This document shows positions 1 to 10,041 of a stretch of DNA of 24,000 nt, in pieces. The notes below the pieces were generated by a model. It saw only the letters and a list, made by a program, of their open reading frames with translations. It ran no database searches and had not been told where the DNA came from. A program made the translations under genes and the position numbers. Origin of the DNA: Georgenia sp. AZ-5 (GTDB lineage: Bacteria; Actinomycetota; Actinomycetes; Actinomycetales; Actinomycetaceae); NCBI RefSeq assembly GCF_043952095.1, contig NZ_JBINOU010000001.1, forward strand, positions 2,795,629-2,819,628, written 5' to 3'. Within the stretch, counting starts at the first letter, position 1; each line of letters opens with the position of its first letter.

Positions 1-1010
<1,010 letters not shown>

Positions 1011-1014
1011 GGGT

Positions 1015-1045
1015 GGCCGGCCGGGCCCCGCGCGGTCAGCCGGCC
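1015..1045. terminator. Candidate bidirectional hairpin between convergent genes
   Basis: GGCCGGC (1015-1021) is the exact reverse complement of GCCGGCC (1039-1045), with a 17-nt loop. It lies between the aglA-like stop (1010) and the OCD-family stop (1036). There is no U/T tract, so support is weak. Confidence 0.3.
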
Positions 1046-1959
1046 CGGTAGACGCGCTCGGCCACGGCCAGGTCCTGCCACGGCATCCCGACGCTCTTGA
1101 ACACCCGCGGGCCGGCCGCGGGCAGCGTCACGCGCCCCGCGACCAGGTCCGCCAGGGGCACGAGCCGCTCGGGCGTCGTCGTGCCGGCCGCCACCGCCTG
1201 GACCACGTCCCCGGCCTCGCGCAGCGCCACGGCCCGCGACTCGACCACCACCGCCGACCGCGCCAGGAGCCCGGCGTCCAGCTCGGCGGCCGCGGGGCTG
1301 TGCGAGCCCATCGCCACGACGACCGCCCCGTCCCGGACCAGGCCGCCGTCGAACAGCGGGCGCTCGGCGCTCGTGCAGCAGCACACGACGTCCGCCGCCG
1401 CGACCGCCGCCGCGCAGTCGTCCAAGCCGTGCGTCGTCACGGGCAGCCCGGTGGCGGCGACCTCCTCGGCGAAGGCCCGCAGGCGCCCCTCGTCCCGGCC
1501 GACCAGGGCCACCTCGGCCACCGGGCGCACCGCCCGCACGGCGGGCACGTGGGCACGGGCCTGCGGCCCGGTGCCGATGACGACGAGGCGGACGGGCCCG
1601 GCGTCGCCGGAGAGGTGGCGCACGGCGAGGGCCGAGAGGGCGGGGGTGCGCAGCGTCGTCAGCGCCGTGCCGTCGAGGACGGCCGCGACGTCCTGGCCGG
1701 GACCGTCGAACAGGACGTAGGCGCCCTGGATGCGGGGGCGGCCGCGGGCGCCGTTGTCCGGCGTCACGCTCAGCACCTTGACGCCGCTCGCGCCGCCAGC
1801 GGTCGAGGGCATGAGGAGCAGCTCGCCCGCGGCCGTGGGGACGCTCGACCGGGGCGGGTCCTCCTCCGGGTCGAAGCCGGCGAGCAGGACGGACTCCAGG
1901 GCGTCGACCGCCTCCCGCACCGGGGTCGCGAGGATGGTCTCGGCGGGGACGACGCGCAT
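1036..1959 (-). CDS. Ornithine cyclodeaminase / mu-crystallin family protein
   Basis: 307-aa ORF starting ATG at 1959. Rossmann-type VVIGTGPQARAH motif. GTALTTLRTPALSALAVRHL block typical of the OCD/mu-crystallin family. Confidence 0.8.
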   Translation of the reverse strand: MRVVPAETILATPVREAVDALESVLLAGFDPEEDPPRSSVPTAAGELLLMPSTAGGASGVKVLSVTPDNGARGRPRIQGAYVLFDGPGQDVAAVLDGTALTTLRTPALSALAVRHLSGDAGPVRLVVIGTGPQARAHVPAVRAVRPVAEVALVGRDEGRLRAFAEEVAATGLPVTTHGLDDCAAAVAAADVVCCCTSAERPLFDGGLVRDGAVVVAMGSHSPAAAELDAGLLARSAVVVESRAVALREAGDVVQAVAAGTTTPERLVPLADLVAGRVTLPAAGPRVFKSVGMPWQDLAVAERVYRAG

Positions 1960-1990
1960 GCCGGCGAGCGTATCGGCCGGCGGGCTCCGC

Positions 1991-3211
1991 TCAGCCGCCG
2001 GAGACGGAGAGCTCGGCCTCGGCGAGCATCGCGTGCAGCTCCGCGTCGACCTCCCGGGAGGTCAGCCAGCCGTCGGGCAGGTGCGGCTGCTTGGGGCTGC
2101 CCGCGCGGCCGCGCGGGCCCTCGGCCCCGGCCCCCGGGTAGGGCTGGTCGAGGTCCAGGGCCGCGAGACGCTCGTCGAGGTCGGCCAGGGAGGAGACCAG
2201 CCCCAGGTCGTGGCGGGCCTCGCCGCCGACGACATAGCCCTTGAGGTACCAGGCCATGTGCTTGCGCATCTCGCGCAGGGCGCGGCCCTCGTCGCCGAAG
2301 TGGTCGACCATGAGCTCGGCGTGACGGCGGATCGTGGCGGCGACCTCGCGCAGTCCGGGGCGGACCCGGACGTCGGAGCCGTGGGCGGCGGCGACCAGGT
2401 CGGTGAACAGCCACGGCCGGCCCTGGCAGCCGCGCCCCACCACGACGCCGTCGCAGCCGGTGCGGGCCATCATCTCGGCGGCGTCCTCGGCGGACCAGAT
2501 GTCACCGTTGCCGAGCACCGGGACGGTGGTCACGGCCTCCTTGAGCCGGGCGACCGCCTCCCACCGGGCCTGGCCCGAGTAGTGCTGCGCGACCGTGCGG
2601 GCGTGGAGGGCGACGGCGGCGACGCCGGCCCGCTCGGCCAGCCGGCCGGCGTCGAGGTAGGTGAGGTGGTCGTCGTCGATGCCCATGCGCATCTTCACCG
2701 TCACCGGCACCTCGTGGTCGCGGTCGCGCGAGGCCTCGCGGGCCGCGGCGACGGCGTCGGTCACGATGGCGTCGAAGAGGTCCCGCTTCCACGGCAGCGC
2801 GCCGCCGCCGCCCTTGCGGGTGACTTTCGGGACGGGGCAGCCGAAGTTGAGGTCGATGTGATCGGCGCGGTCCTCGGCGACGAGGATCCGCACGGCGGCG
2901 GCGATGGTGGTGGGGTCGACGCCGTAGAGCTGGACGGAGCGGACCGGCTCCTCGGGGTCCGGGGTGATCATCCGCATCGTCTCGGGCGTGCGCTCCACCA
3001 GCGCCCGTGAGGTGATCATCTCCGTGACGTACAGGCCCGCGGGCGCGTGCGTGCCGCGGGCGCCGCCGGGCGCCGCACCGCCCGCGGCGGCCAGCCCGGC
3101 GAGGCCCGCCTCGCGGCACAGGCGCCGGAACGGGGGGTTCGTCACGCCGGCCATGGGGGCCAGCACGACGGGGCTCCCCAGGCTCACGGGACCGATCTGC
3201 AGCACAGTCAC
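1991..3211 (-). CDS. dus: tRNA-dihydrouridine synthase
   Basis: Dus motifs: VLAPMAGVTNPPFRRLCRE, DHIDLNFGCPVPKVTRKGGGGAL, VTVKMRMG. I place the start at GTG 3211 (VTVLQIGPV...). It is preceded by GGGGAGA about 8 nt upstream and lies 4 nt after the stop of the upstream gene (3216). The 61 extra N-terminal codons in the track ORF overlap that gene and are Arg/Pro-rich junk. Confidence 0.9.
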   Translation of the reverse strand: MTVLQIGPVSLGSPVVLAPMAGVTNPPFRRLCREAGLAGLAAAGGAAPGGARGTHAPAGLYVTEMITSRALVERTPETMRMITPDPEEPVRSVQLYGVDPTTIAAAVRILVAEDRADHIDLNFGCPVPKVTRKGGGGALPWKRDLFDAIVTDAVAAAREASRDRDHEVPVTVKMRMGIDDDHLTYLDAGRLAERAGVAAVALHARTVAQHYSGQARWEAVARLKEAVTTVPVLGNGDIWSAEDAAEMMARTGCDGVVVGRGCQGRPWLFTDLVAAAHGSDVRVRPGLREVAATIRRHAELMVDHFGDEGRALREMRKHMAWYLKGYVVGGEARHDLGLVSSLADLDERLAALDLDQPYPGAGAEGPRGRAGSPKQPHLPDGWLTSREVDAELHAMLAEAELSVSGG

Positions 3212-3215
3212 CGGG

Positions 3216-4517
3216 TCATTCTCCCCGAGGGGCGTCCCCCGCCCAACCGGGACCGCTGTGAGATGGCACCACCTGCCGCGCGGGCGACGTGCTGCCGGGC
3301 TCTCCCTCGCCGGCGTGGTGGTCGTGCCCGCGCCGGCCGCCCGTGCGGACGAGGAGCGCGGCGATCGCGGTGGTCGCCGGGATCGCCAGGACAAGGCCGA
3401 TCGAGGCGACGAGGGTGCCCACCACCTCCGCGGCGATCTCGCCGGCCATCAGGGTGTCCATGAAGGTGCGGTCGACCAGCGCCACGAGCAGGATCATCGG
3501 CAGCGCGGTGCCGACGTAGGCGAACGCCAGCGTGTACACCGTCGAGGCGATGTGGTCCCGGCCGATGCGCATCCCCTGGCCGAAGAGTCGCCGCCGGGAC
3601 AGCGCAGGGTTGGCGGCGTGCAGCTCCCACACCGCGGACGCCTGCGTGATGGTCACGTCGTTCAGCGCGCCCAGCCCGGCGATGACCATGCCGCACAGCA
3701 GCAGCTCCGAGAGGGTGAGCTCGGGGAACGTCATCGACAGGGTCACGGCCTGCTCCGACCCCCCGCCCGAGAGGTTCGCGGCGTCGGTGCCCCACATCCC
3801 GAGCACCACCGTCACCGCGAGCCCGATGAACGTGCCGAGCAGCGCCGTGGTCGTCCGGATGGAGACGCCGTGCGCCAGGTAGATCGACAGGAACAGCATC
3901 GCCCCGGAGGCGACGAGCGCGACCAGGAGCGGGGGCCGGCCGAGCATGAGGCCCGGCACGACGAACATCAGGAGCACCGCCAGGGACGAGGCGAGCCCGG
4001 CCATCGCCGCCAGGCCGCGCCAGCGCGCGACCGCCAGGACGCACACGGCGTAGACGAGCGCGAGGATGCCGACCGGCGCCTCGCGCTCGAACTCCCAGAA
4101 CACGTAGGGGCTGCCGGTCCCGATGGCCTGCGGCGTCAGCAGCAGCCGCAGGTCGTCCCCGACGTCGACGCTGGGCATGACCTCGGGCGGCACCTGGACG
4201 GGCACCCGGAGCCCGGCGCCGGCGCCGGTGAGCACCTCGACGCGCACCGAGCCCTCGGCCGCCCCGCCCTCGGGAACCTCCACCACCGTGCCGCTCTCCA
4301 GCGTCACGCCCGGACCGGTGAGCGGCACCGACCGGACGGGCGTCTCACCGCGCGGCCAGAGCAGGACCACCCCGGCGACCGTGGCGGCCAGCAGGGGGAT
4401 GACGAGGAGCGCGAGGATCAGACGCGCGCGGCGGGCGTCCGCGGGAGGCAGGCGGGACTCGTCGGTGTGGAGGTGGGAGTGGGACACCACCCCATGCTCG
4501 CCTCCCGCGGGCGGCAC
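3216..4517 (-). CDS. YibE/F family multi-pass membrane protein
   Basis: 433-aa ORF. One N-terminal TM segment, a soluble beta-rich segment (TLESGTVVEVPEG...VEVLTGAG), then about 6 hydrophobic helices, which is the architecture of the YibE/F family. His-rich N-terminus (SHSHLH) and C-terminus (GHDHHAGEGE). A GGGAGG SD favours an in-frame GTG at 4490 or 4487 over the GTG at 4517. Confidence 0.7.
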   Translation of the reverse strand: MPPAGGEHGVVSHSHLHTDESRLPPADARRARLILALLVIPLLAATVAGVVLLWPRGETPVRSVPLTGPGVTLESGTVVEVPEGGAAEGSVRVEVLTGAGAGLRVPVQVPPEVMPSVDVGDDLRLLLTPQAIGTGSPYVFWEFEREAPVGILALVYAVCVLAVARWRGLAAMAGLASSLAVLLMFVVPGLMLGRPPLLVALVASGAMLFLSIYLAHGVSIRTTTALLGTFIGLAVTVVLGMWGTDAANLSGGGSEQAVTLSMTFPELTLSELLLCGMVIAGLGALNDVTITQASAVWELHAANPALSRRRLFGQGMRIGRDHIASTVYTLAFAYVGTALPMILLVALVDRTFMDTLMAGEIAAEVVGTLVASIGLVLAIPATTAIAALLVRTGGRRGHDHHAGEGEPGSTSPARQVVPSHSGPGWAGDAPRGE

Positions 4518-4599
4518 GCGCCGGAGCCCACGCCGAGGGCACGGCCATCGGCGCGGGCGGAGGCCGTCCGGGGGCGACGGACCGCCACCCCCGGCGCCG

Positions 4600-5985
<1,386 letters not shown>

Positions 5986-6206
5986 TTCGTATCACTCCGG
6001 TTCCGGTGCTGGGCCCACACCTGGCGGGTGCGGGCTCTCTCAGACCCGCTCCTGGCTGGCGCGGGCGACGGCGGACGGGGGGCTGAGCCCCCAGGTCCGT
6101 GCCCCAACCTACCCGGGCGCCGCGGCCCCGGGGCTCACGGGCCCTGTCCGCCCGGCTCACGGGCACCCGCCGGCCGGCGGCGGGCACGCCGGTGCCGCGC
6201 CGTATT

Positions 6207-6244
6207 TTGACATCGATTCTCACTTGCGTTGAGAATCGTGCTCA
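6207..6244 (+). promoter_or_regulatory. Candidate znuA promoter with overlapping Zur operator (two Zur-box-like 15-mers / 9-bp inverted repeat)
   Basis: TTGACA (6207-6212), an 18-nt spacer, then GAGAAT (6231-6236). The ATG at 6244 lies 8 nt after the -10 and has no SD, which suggests a leaderless mRNA. CGATTCTCA (6214-6222) and TGAGAATCG (6230-6238) form a perfect inverted repeat with a 7-nt spacer. The 15-mers TGACATCGATTCTCA (6208-6222) and TGAGAATCGTGCTCA (6230-6244) resemble the 7-1-7 AT-rich palindromes of actinobacterial Zur boxes. This is the only AT-rich patch in the intergenic region, and zur is encoded in the same operon. Confidence 0.55.
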
Positions 6245-7245
6245 TGAACAAGTCTGCCTGCCGGGCGGGGGCCACCGCGGCCGCCGCAGCCCTGACCCTC
6301 GCCGCCTGCTCCTCCTCGGGCGGGGGCGGAGCCACCGACGCCGTGCACGTGCTCGCCTCGATCTACCCGTTGCAGTACGTCGCAGAGACGGTCGGCGGCG
6401 ACAACGTCGAGGTGGACTCGCTCACTCCGCCGGGAGTCGACGCCCACGACCTCGAGCTCGCCCCGCGCGACGTCGCCGAGCTCGGTGACGCCGGCGTCGT
6501 GCTGTACCTCTCCGGGTTCCAGGCCGCCGTCGACGACGCCGTCGCCCAGGCGTCCCCCGCGCATGCGCTGGACGTCGCCGGTCTCGCCGGCACCGCGGGT
6601 GCCGCCACGGACGCCCACGCCGAGGACGAGGCCCATACCGAGGAGGGCTCGCACGCCGAGGATGAGGCCCATACCGAGGAGGGCTCGCACGCCGAGGCCG
6701 AGTCACAGGACGCCGACGCCCACGACCATTCCGGCGACCCGCACTTCTGGCTCGACCCGACACGCCTGGCCGCGGTGGCGACCGGCGTCGCCGACGAGCT
6801 GGCCGAGGTCGACCCCGGCAACGCCGACGAGTACCGCGCGAACGCCGAGAAGCTCGCCGGCGAGCTTGCGGCGCTGGACGGCGAGCTCGCCGACGGCCTG
6901 GCCGCGTGCGAGGTCCGCACCATCGTCGTCGCCCACGAGGCGTACGGGTACCTGACCGAGCGCTACGACCTCGAGCAGGTCGGCGTCTCCGGCATCGACC
7001 CCGAGTCCGAGCCCTCCCCCGCCCGGCTGGCAGAGGTGGCGGAGGTCGTCCGCGCCGAGGGCGTGAGCACGATCTTCGCGGAGACGCTGGTGAACCCGGA
7101 GGTCGCGGAGACGCTCGCCGACGACCTCGGCATCGCGGTGAGCATGCTCGACCCGCTGGACTCCCAGCTGAACGAGGACCTCGACTACCAGGAGGTCATG
7201 CGCGCCAACCTCGCGGCGCTGCGCGACGGGCTGCGGTGCGCGTGA
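6244..7245 (+). CDS. znuA: Zinc ABC transporter substrate-binding lipoprotein (ZnuA/TroA family) with His/Asp/Glu-rich loop
   Basis: Start moved to ATG 6244 (MNKSACRAGATAAAAALTLAACSSSGG), giving a signal peptide with lipobox LAAC. The track's TTG at 6229 lies inside the operator. ZnuA blocks: ASIYPLQYV, GVDAHDLELAPRD, DPHFWLDP, VVAHEAYGYL. The acidic/His loop is DAHAEDEAHTEEGSHAEDEAHTEEGSHAEAESQDADAHDHSGDPH. Confidence 0.85.
   Translation: MNKSACRAGATAAAAALTLAACSSSGGGGATDAVHVLASIYPLQYVAETVGGDNVEVDSLTPPGVDAHDLELAPRDVAELGDAGVVLYLSGFQAAVDDAVAQASPAHALDVAGLAGTAGAATDAHAEDEAHTEEGSHAEDEAHTEEGSHAEAESQDADAHDHSGDPHFWLDPTRLAAVATGVADELAEVDPGNADEYRANAEKLAGELAALDGELADGLAACEVRTIVVAHEAYGYLTERYDLEQVGVSGIDPESEPSPARLAEVAEVVRAEGVSTIFAETLVNPEVAETLADDLGIAVSMLDPLDSQLNEDLDYQEVMRANLAALRDGLRCA
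6619..6690 (+). repeat. Tandem 36-bp in-frame duplication inside the znuA His-rich loop
   Basis: 6619-6654 (gccgaggacgaggcccataccgaggagggctcgcac) and 6655-6690 are identical except for C/T at unit position 9 (6627 vs 6663, synonymous GAC/GAT). A partial third start, gccgaggccgag, follows at 6691. The unit encodes AEDEAHTEEGSH twice. Confidence 0.9.
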
Positions 7246-8078
7246 TGACGTCGGGCCATGTCGGGGAGGTGGCCGGGATGGCACCATCGGGAGCCATGGA
7301 CCAAGCCCCGATCGTCACCGAGGACCTGGCCGTGGTCCTCGGCGGGTCGACCATCCTGCGCGGCATCGACCTGACCATCGACCACGGCGAGACCGTCGCG
7401 CTGCTCGGCGCGAACGGGTCCGGCAAGTCGACCCTCGTCAAGGCCCTCGTCGGTGTCGCCCCGGTCGCACGGGGCCACGTCCGGCTCTTCGGGGTCGACG
7501 TCGAGCGATCGCACGGCCAGGTGCCGTGGGGACGCGTCGGTTACGTGCCGCAGCGGGTCGGCGCCGGCGGCGGCGTGCCCGCCACCGCGCTGGAGGTCGT
7601 CGTCGCCGGGCTGCTCGACAACCGGCGCCTGCGGCCCGGCCGGGCCGCGCGCGACCGGGCGATGGCGGCCCTGGAGCAGGTCGGCCTCGCCGACCGCGCC
7701 GGGGACAGCGTCCAGGTCTTCTCCGGCGGTCAGCAGCAACGCGTGCTGATCGCGCGCGCGCTGGTGCGCGGCCCCGACCTGCTGGTGCTGGACGAGCCGT
7801 TGGCCGGCATCGACCGGGGCTCGAAGGAGGCGCTCGCCGCCACGCTGGCTTCGCTGCGCGGGACGGGCACGACGCTGCTCGTCGTGCTGCACGAGCTTGG
7901 CGAGCTCAGCGGGCTCATCGGGCGCAGCGTCGTGCTGCGCCACGGCCGCGTGGTCCACGACGGCGCACCGCCCGCCCCCGTGCACGGCCATGACGAGCCC
8001 GACCACGACCACGTGCACGCGCACCAGGAGGGCGCCGTGCCGAGCGGCCAGGCACCCGACCTGAAGGTGGAGTGGTGA
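7245..8078 (+). CDS. znuC: Zinc ABC transporter ATP-binding protein
   Basis: Walker A GANGSGKST, signature FSGGQQQRVLIARAL, Walker B LLVLDEPLAGID. His-rich C-terminal tail VHGHDEPDHDHVHAH. The start is ambiguous. ATG 7245 overlaps the znuA stop (TGATG). ATG 7278 has GGGGAGG 8 nt upstream. ATG 7296 is also in frame. The track ORF from 6906 is an artefactual extension through znuA. Confidence 0.85.
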   Translation: MTSGHVGEVAGMAPSGAMDQAPIVTEDLAVVLGGSTILRGIDLTIDHGETVALLGANGSGKSTLVKALVGVAPVARGHVRLFGVDVERSHGQVPWGRVGYVPQRVGAGGGVPATALEVVVAGLLDNRRLRPGRAARDRAMAALEQVGLADRAGDSVQVFSGGQQQRVLIARALVRGPDLLVLDEPLAGIDRGSKEALAATLASLRGTGTTLLVVLHELGELSGLIGRSVVLRHGRVVHDGAPPAPVHGHDEPDHDHVHAHQEGAVPSGQAPDLKVEW

Positions 8079-8989
8079 GCGTGCTCGACAGTCTCCTGGG
8101 GATGCTGCAGACCCCGTTGATGCAGCGGGCGCTGGTGGTCGCCGTGCTCGTCGGGCTGTCCGCGCCCGTGATGGGCACCTATCTGGTCCAGCGGCGCCTC
8201 GCGCTGCTGGGGGACGGCATCGGTCACGTCGCGCTGACCGGCGTGGCGGTGGGCTGGCTCGCCGGCGCCGCCTTCGGGCTCACCCCCAACGACCTGCTCG
8301 CCGTGCCGGGTGCCGTGGTCGCCTCGATCATCGGCGCCGTGCTCATCGAGGTCGTCCGGGACCGTGGCAAGACCAGCGGCGACGTCGCCCTCGCGCTGCT
8401 CTTCTACGGCGGCATCGCCGGTGGCGTGCTCCTCATCGGCATCGCCGGCGGCACCACCTCGAACCTCAACGGTTACCTGTTCGGCTCCATCGCCACCGTC
8501 TCGACGCTCGACGTGTGGCTGAGCGCGGGCCTGGCGACCGTCGTCCTCGGCGTCGGCATCGGGCTGCGTCCCGCCCTCTTCGCCCTGAGCCACGACGAGG
8601 AGTTCGCACGGGCGGCCGGCCTGCCGGTGCGAACGCTCAACGTCCTCGTGGCGGTCATGGCGGCGCTCACCGTCTCGGTGTCCATGCGGGTGGTCGGGGT
8701 GCTCCTGGTGTCCGCGCTCATGATCGTGCCGGTGGCCGTGTCGCAGCTGCTCACTCGCTCCTTCGCCAGCACGATGCGGGTGGCGATGCTCGTCGGCGTC
8801 CTGGTGACCGTCGTCGGCCTGACGGTGACGTACTTCTACCCGCTCTCCCCCGGCGCGACCATCGTCGTGCTGGCCATCGCGGTGTACGCCGTAGCATCAC
8901 TCGTGCGTCCGTTGTTCGTCCGGCAGGTCCGCCCCCGGGACCCGCACCTGGACGTCGAGGACGACGTGGCCGTGTCCGAGGAGGCCTGA
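8072..8989 (+). CDS. znuB: Zinc ABC transporter permease (ABC-3 family)
   Basis: 305 aa, about 8 TM helices. Family-typical blocks MQRALVVAVLVGLSAPVMGTYLVQRRLALLGDGIGHVALTG and DEEFARAAGLPV. The start overlaps the znuC stop. GTG codons at 8072, 8075 and 8081 are all in frame, and 8081 has the best spacing to the GGTGGA SD. Confidence 0.85.
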   Translation: MVSVLDSLLGMLQTPLMQRALVVAVLVGLSAPVMGTYLVQRRLALLGDGIGHVALTGVAVGWLAGAAFGLTPNDLLAVPGAVVASIIGAVLIEVVRDRGKTSGDVALALLFYGGIAGGVLLIGIAGGTTSNLNGYLFGSIATVSTLDVWLSAGLATVVLGVGIGLRPALFALSHDEEFARAAGLPVRTLNVLVAVMAALTVSVSMRVVGVLLVSALMIVPVAVSQLLTRSFASTMRVAMLVGVLVTVVGLTVTYFYPLSPGATIVVLAIAVYAVASLVRPLFVRQVRPRDPHLDVEDDVAVSEEA

Positions 8990-9388
8990 ATGTTGCGCAT
9001 GACGAAGCAGCGCTCCGCCGTCAGCGACCTGCTCGGGCAGACCGCGGACTTCCGCAGCGCCCAGCAGCTGCACGAGATGCTGCGCACCGAGGGCCAGTCC
9101 ATAGGCCTGGCGACCGTGTACCGCACGCTGCAGTCGCTCGCCGAGGCCGGCGAGGTCGACGTCCTGCGGACCGACGACGGCGAGAGCCTCTACCGCCGCT
9201 GCGAGCGCCAGGAGCACCACCACCACCTCGTGTGCCGGGAGTGCGGGCGCACCGTGGAGGTCGCCGGCGCGCCGGTGGAGCGGTGGGCGGCGCGGGTCGC
9301 CCAGGAGAACGGGTTCGTGGGGGTGGACCACACCGCCGAGCTGTTCGGCACCTGCGGGCCGTGCGCCGCGGCGCAGTACGGCCCATGA
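8990..9388 (+). CDS. zur: Fur-family zinc uptake regulator
   Basis: 132 aa. Winged-helix block SAQQLHEMLRTEGQSIGLATVYRTLQSLAEAGEV. Metal-site motifs HHHHLVCRECG and CGPC. ATG directly follows the znuB stop (TGAATG), with GAGGAGG 5-6 nt upstream. Last gene of the znuACB operon. Confidence 0.85.
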   Translation: MLRMTKQRSAVSDLLGQTADFRSAQQLHEMLRTEGQSIGLATVYRTLQSLAEAGEVDVLRTDDGESLYRRCERQEHHHHLVCRECGRTVEVAGAPVERWAARVAQENGFVGVDHTAELFGTCGPCAAAQYGP

Positions 9389-9454
9389 GGCCGGTCGGTC
9401 TCACCGGTGCGACGCGGCGACGTACCGCTCCGGTCCCGGCAGAGGGAGCGCCCT

Positions 9455-10030
9455 GTGCCTGACTTCCTGGCGAGCTGGCCGTTCTGGCTCGTCTTCGCGT
9501 TCCTGTACCTCGGCGCCACACTGCGCGGGCAGGCGATCTACTGGCTCGGGCGGGTCGTCACCGAGCAGACGCTGCGCCACTCCCACCCTGCCGCCGGGTG
9601 GCGGCTGCGCGCGTACCGGTGGCTGCAGGGGGAGGGCACCGCGCGCGGCATCGAGGCGCTGCGGCGGTGGGGGCTCGTGGCCGTGCCGTTCGCGTACCTC
9701 ACGGTGGGCTTTCAGTCCATGGTGATGGCCGGCGCCGGCGTGCTCCGCATCGGCTGGGTGCGGTTCTCGGCCGCCCAGGTCCCCGGCGCGCTGGCGTGGG
9801 CGGTCATCTACTCCACGATCGGCTTCGCGGTGTGGGAGGCGGCGCTGGCGGCGGCGGCCGGCTCCCCGCGGGGCATCGCCGGCATCGGTGCGCTCGCCGT
9901 GGTCATCGCCGCAACGGTCGTCGTGCACAGGCGGCGGCACGCCGCGGCGGTCTCGGGCCTGCCGGCCGGCCGGCAGGCCGCGCACGACGGCGCCGCCCGC
10001 ACCACGGGCACGGCCCGCCGCGACGGCTGA
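9455..10030 (+). CDS. DedA / VTT-domain family membrane protein (tentative)
   Basis: Hydrophobic protein with FLYLGATLRGQAIYWLGR, which fits the DedA-type G..R.....Y..GR motif, and about 4 TM segments. I prefer the in-frame GTG at 9455 (AGGGAG 7 nt upstream) over the track's GTG at 9407. The C-terminal about 40 aa are Arg/Ala-rich and low complexity. Confidence 0.5.
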   Translation: MPDFLASWPFWLVFAFLYLGATLRGQAIYWLGRVVTEQTLRHSHPAAGWRLRAYRWLQGEGTARGIEALRRWGLVAVPFAYLTVGFQSMVMAGAGVLRIGWVRFSAAQVPGALAWAVIYSTIGFAVWEAALAAAAGSPRGIAGIGALAVVIAATVVVHRRRHAAAVSGLPAGRQAAHDGAARTTGTARRDG

Positions 10031-10041
10031 CGTCGGCCTGT

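Noticed and set aside
1036-1959. Functional link between the OCD-family gene and the YhfX-like and M20 (ArgE-like) genes as an ornithine-centred pathway
   Set aside because: The idea is tempting because all three families include ornithine-acting members. However, the OCD-family gene is about 8 kb away, in a different transcription unit behind dus, and is separated by housekeeping genes. There is no sequence-level evidence for co-regulation.
5986-6206. Possible T-box or other riboswitch leader upstream of glyQS. Also the hairpin GGGGGC-tga-GCCCCC (6078-6092) and the 11-bp direct repeat ggctcacgggc (6132-6142 and 6154-6164)
   Set aside because: I found no T-box consensus (GGUGGUACCGCG-like), no specifier-loop architecture and no terminator/antiterminator pair. 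The hairpin and short repeats are real but short and GC-rich, so they could easily arise by chance in this composition. A weak TAGGTT -10 candidate (minus strand, 6111-6106) has no matching -35. They are kept only as notes.
9389-9454. Possible terminator after zur (CCGGT-cggtctc-ACCGG, about 9392-9408)
   Set aside because: The stem is only 5 bp with no T-tract, and the next gene follows on the same strand with its own SD. This is not enough to call a terminator.
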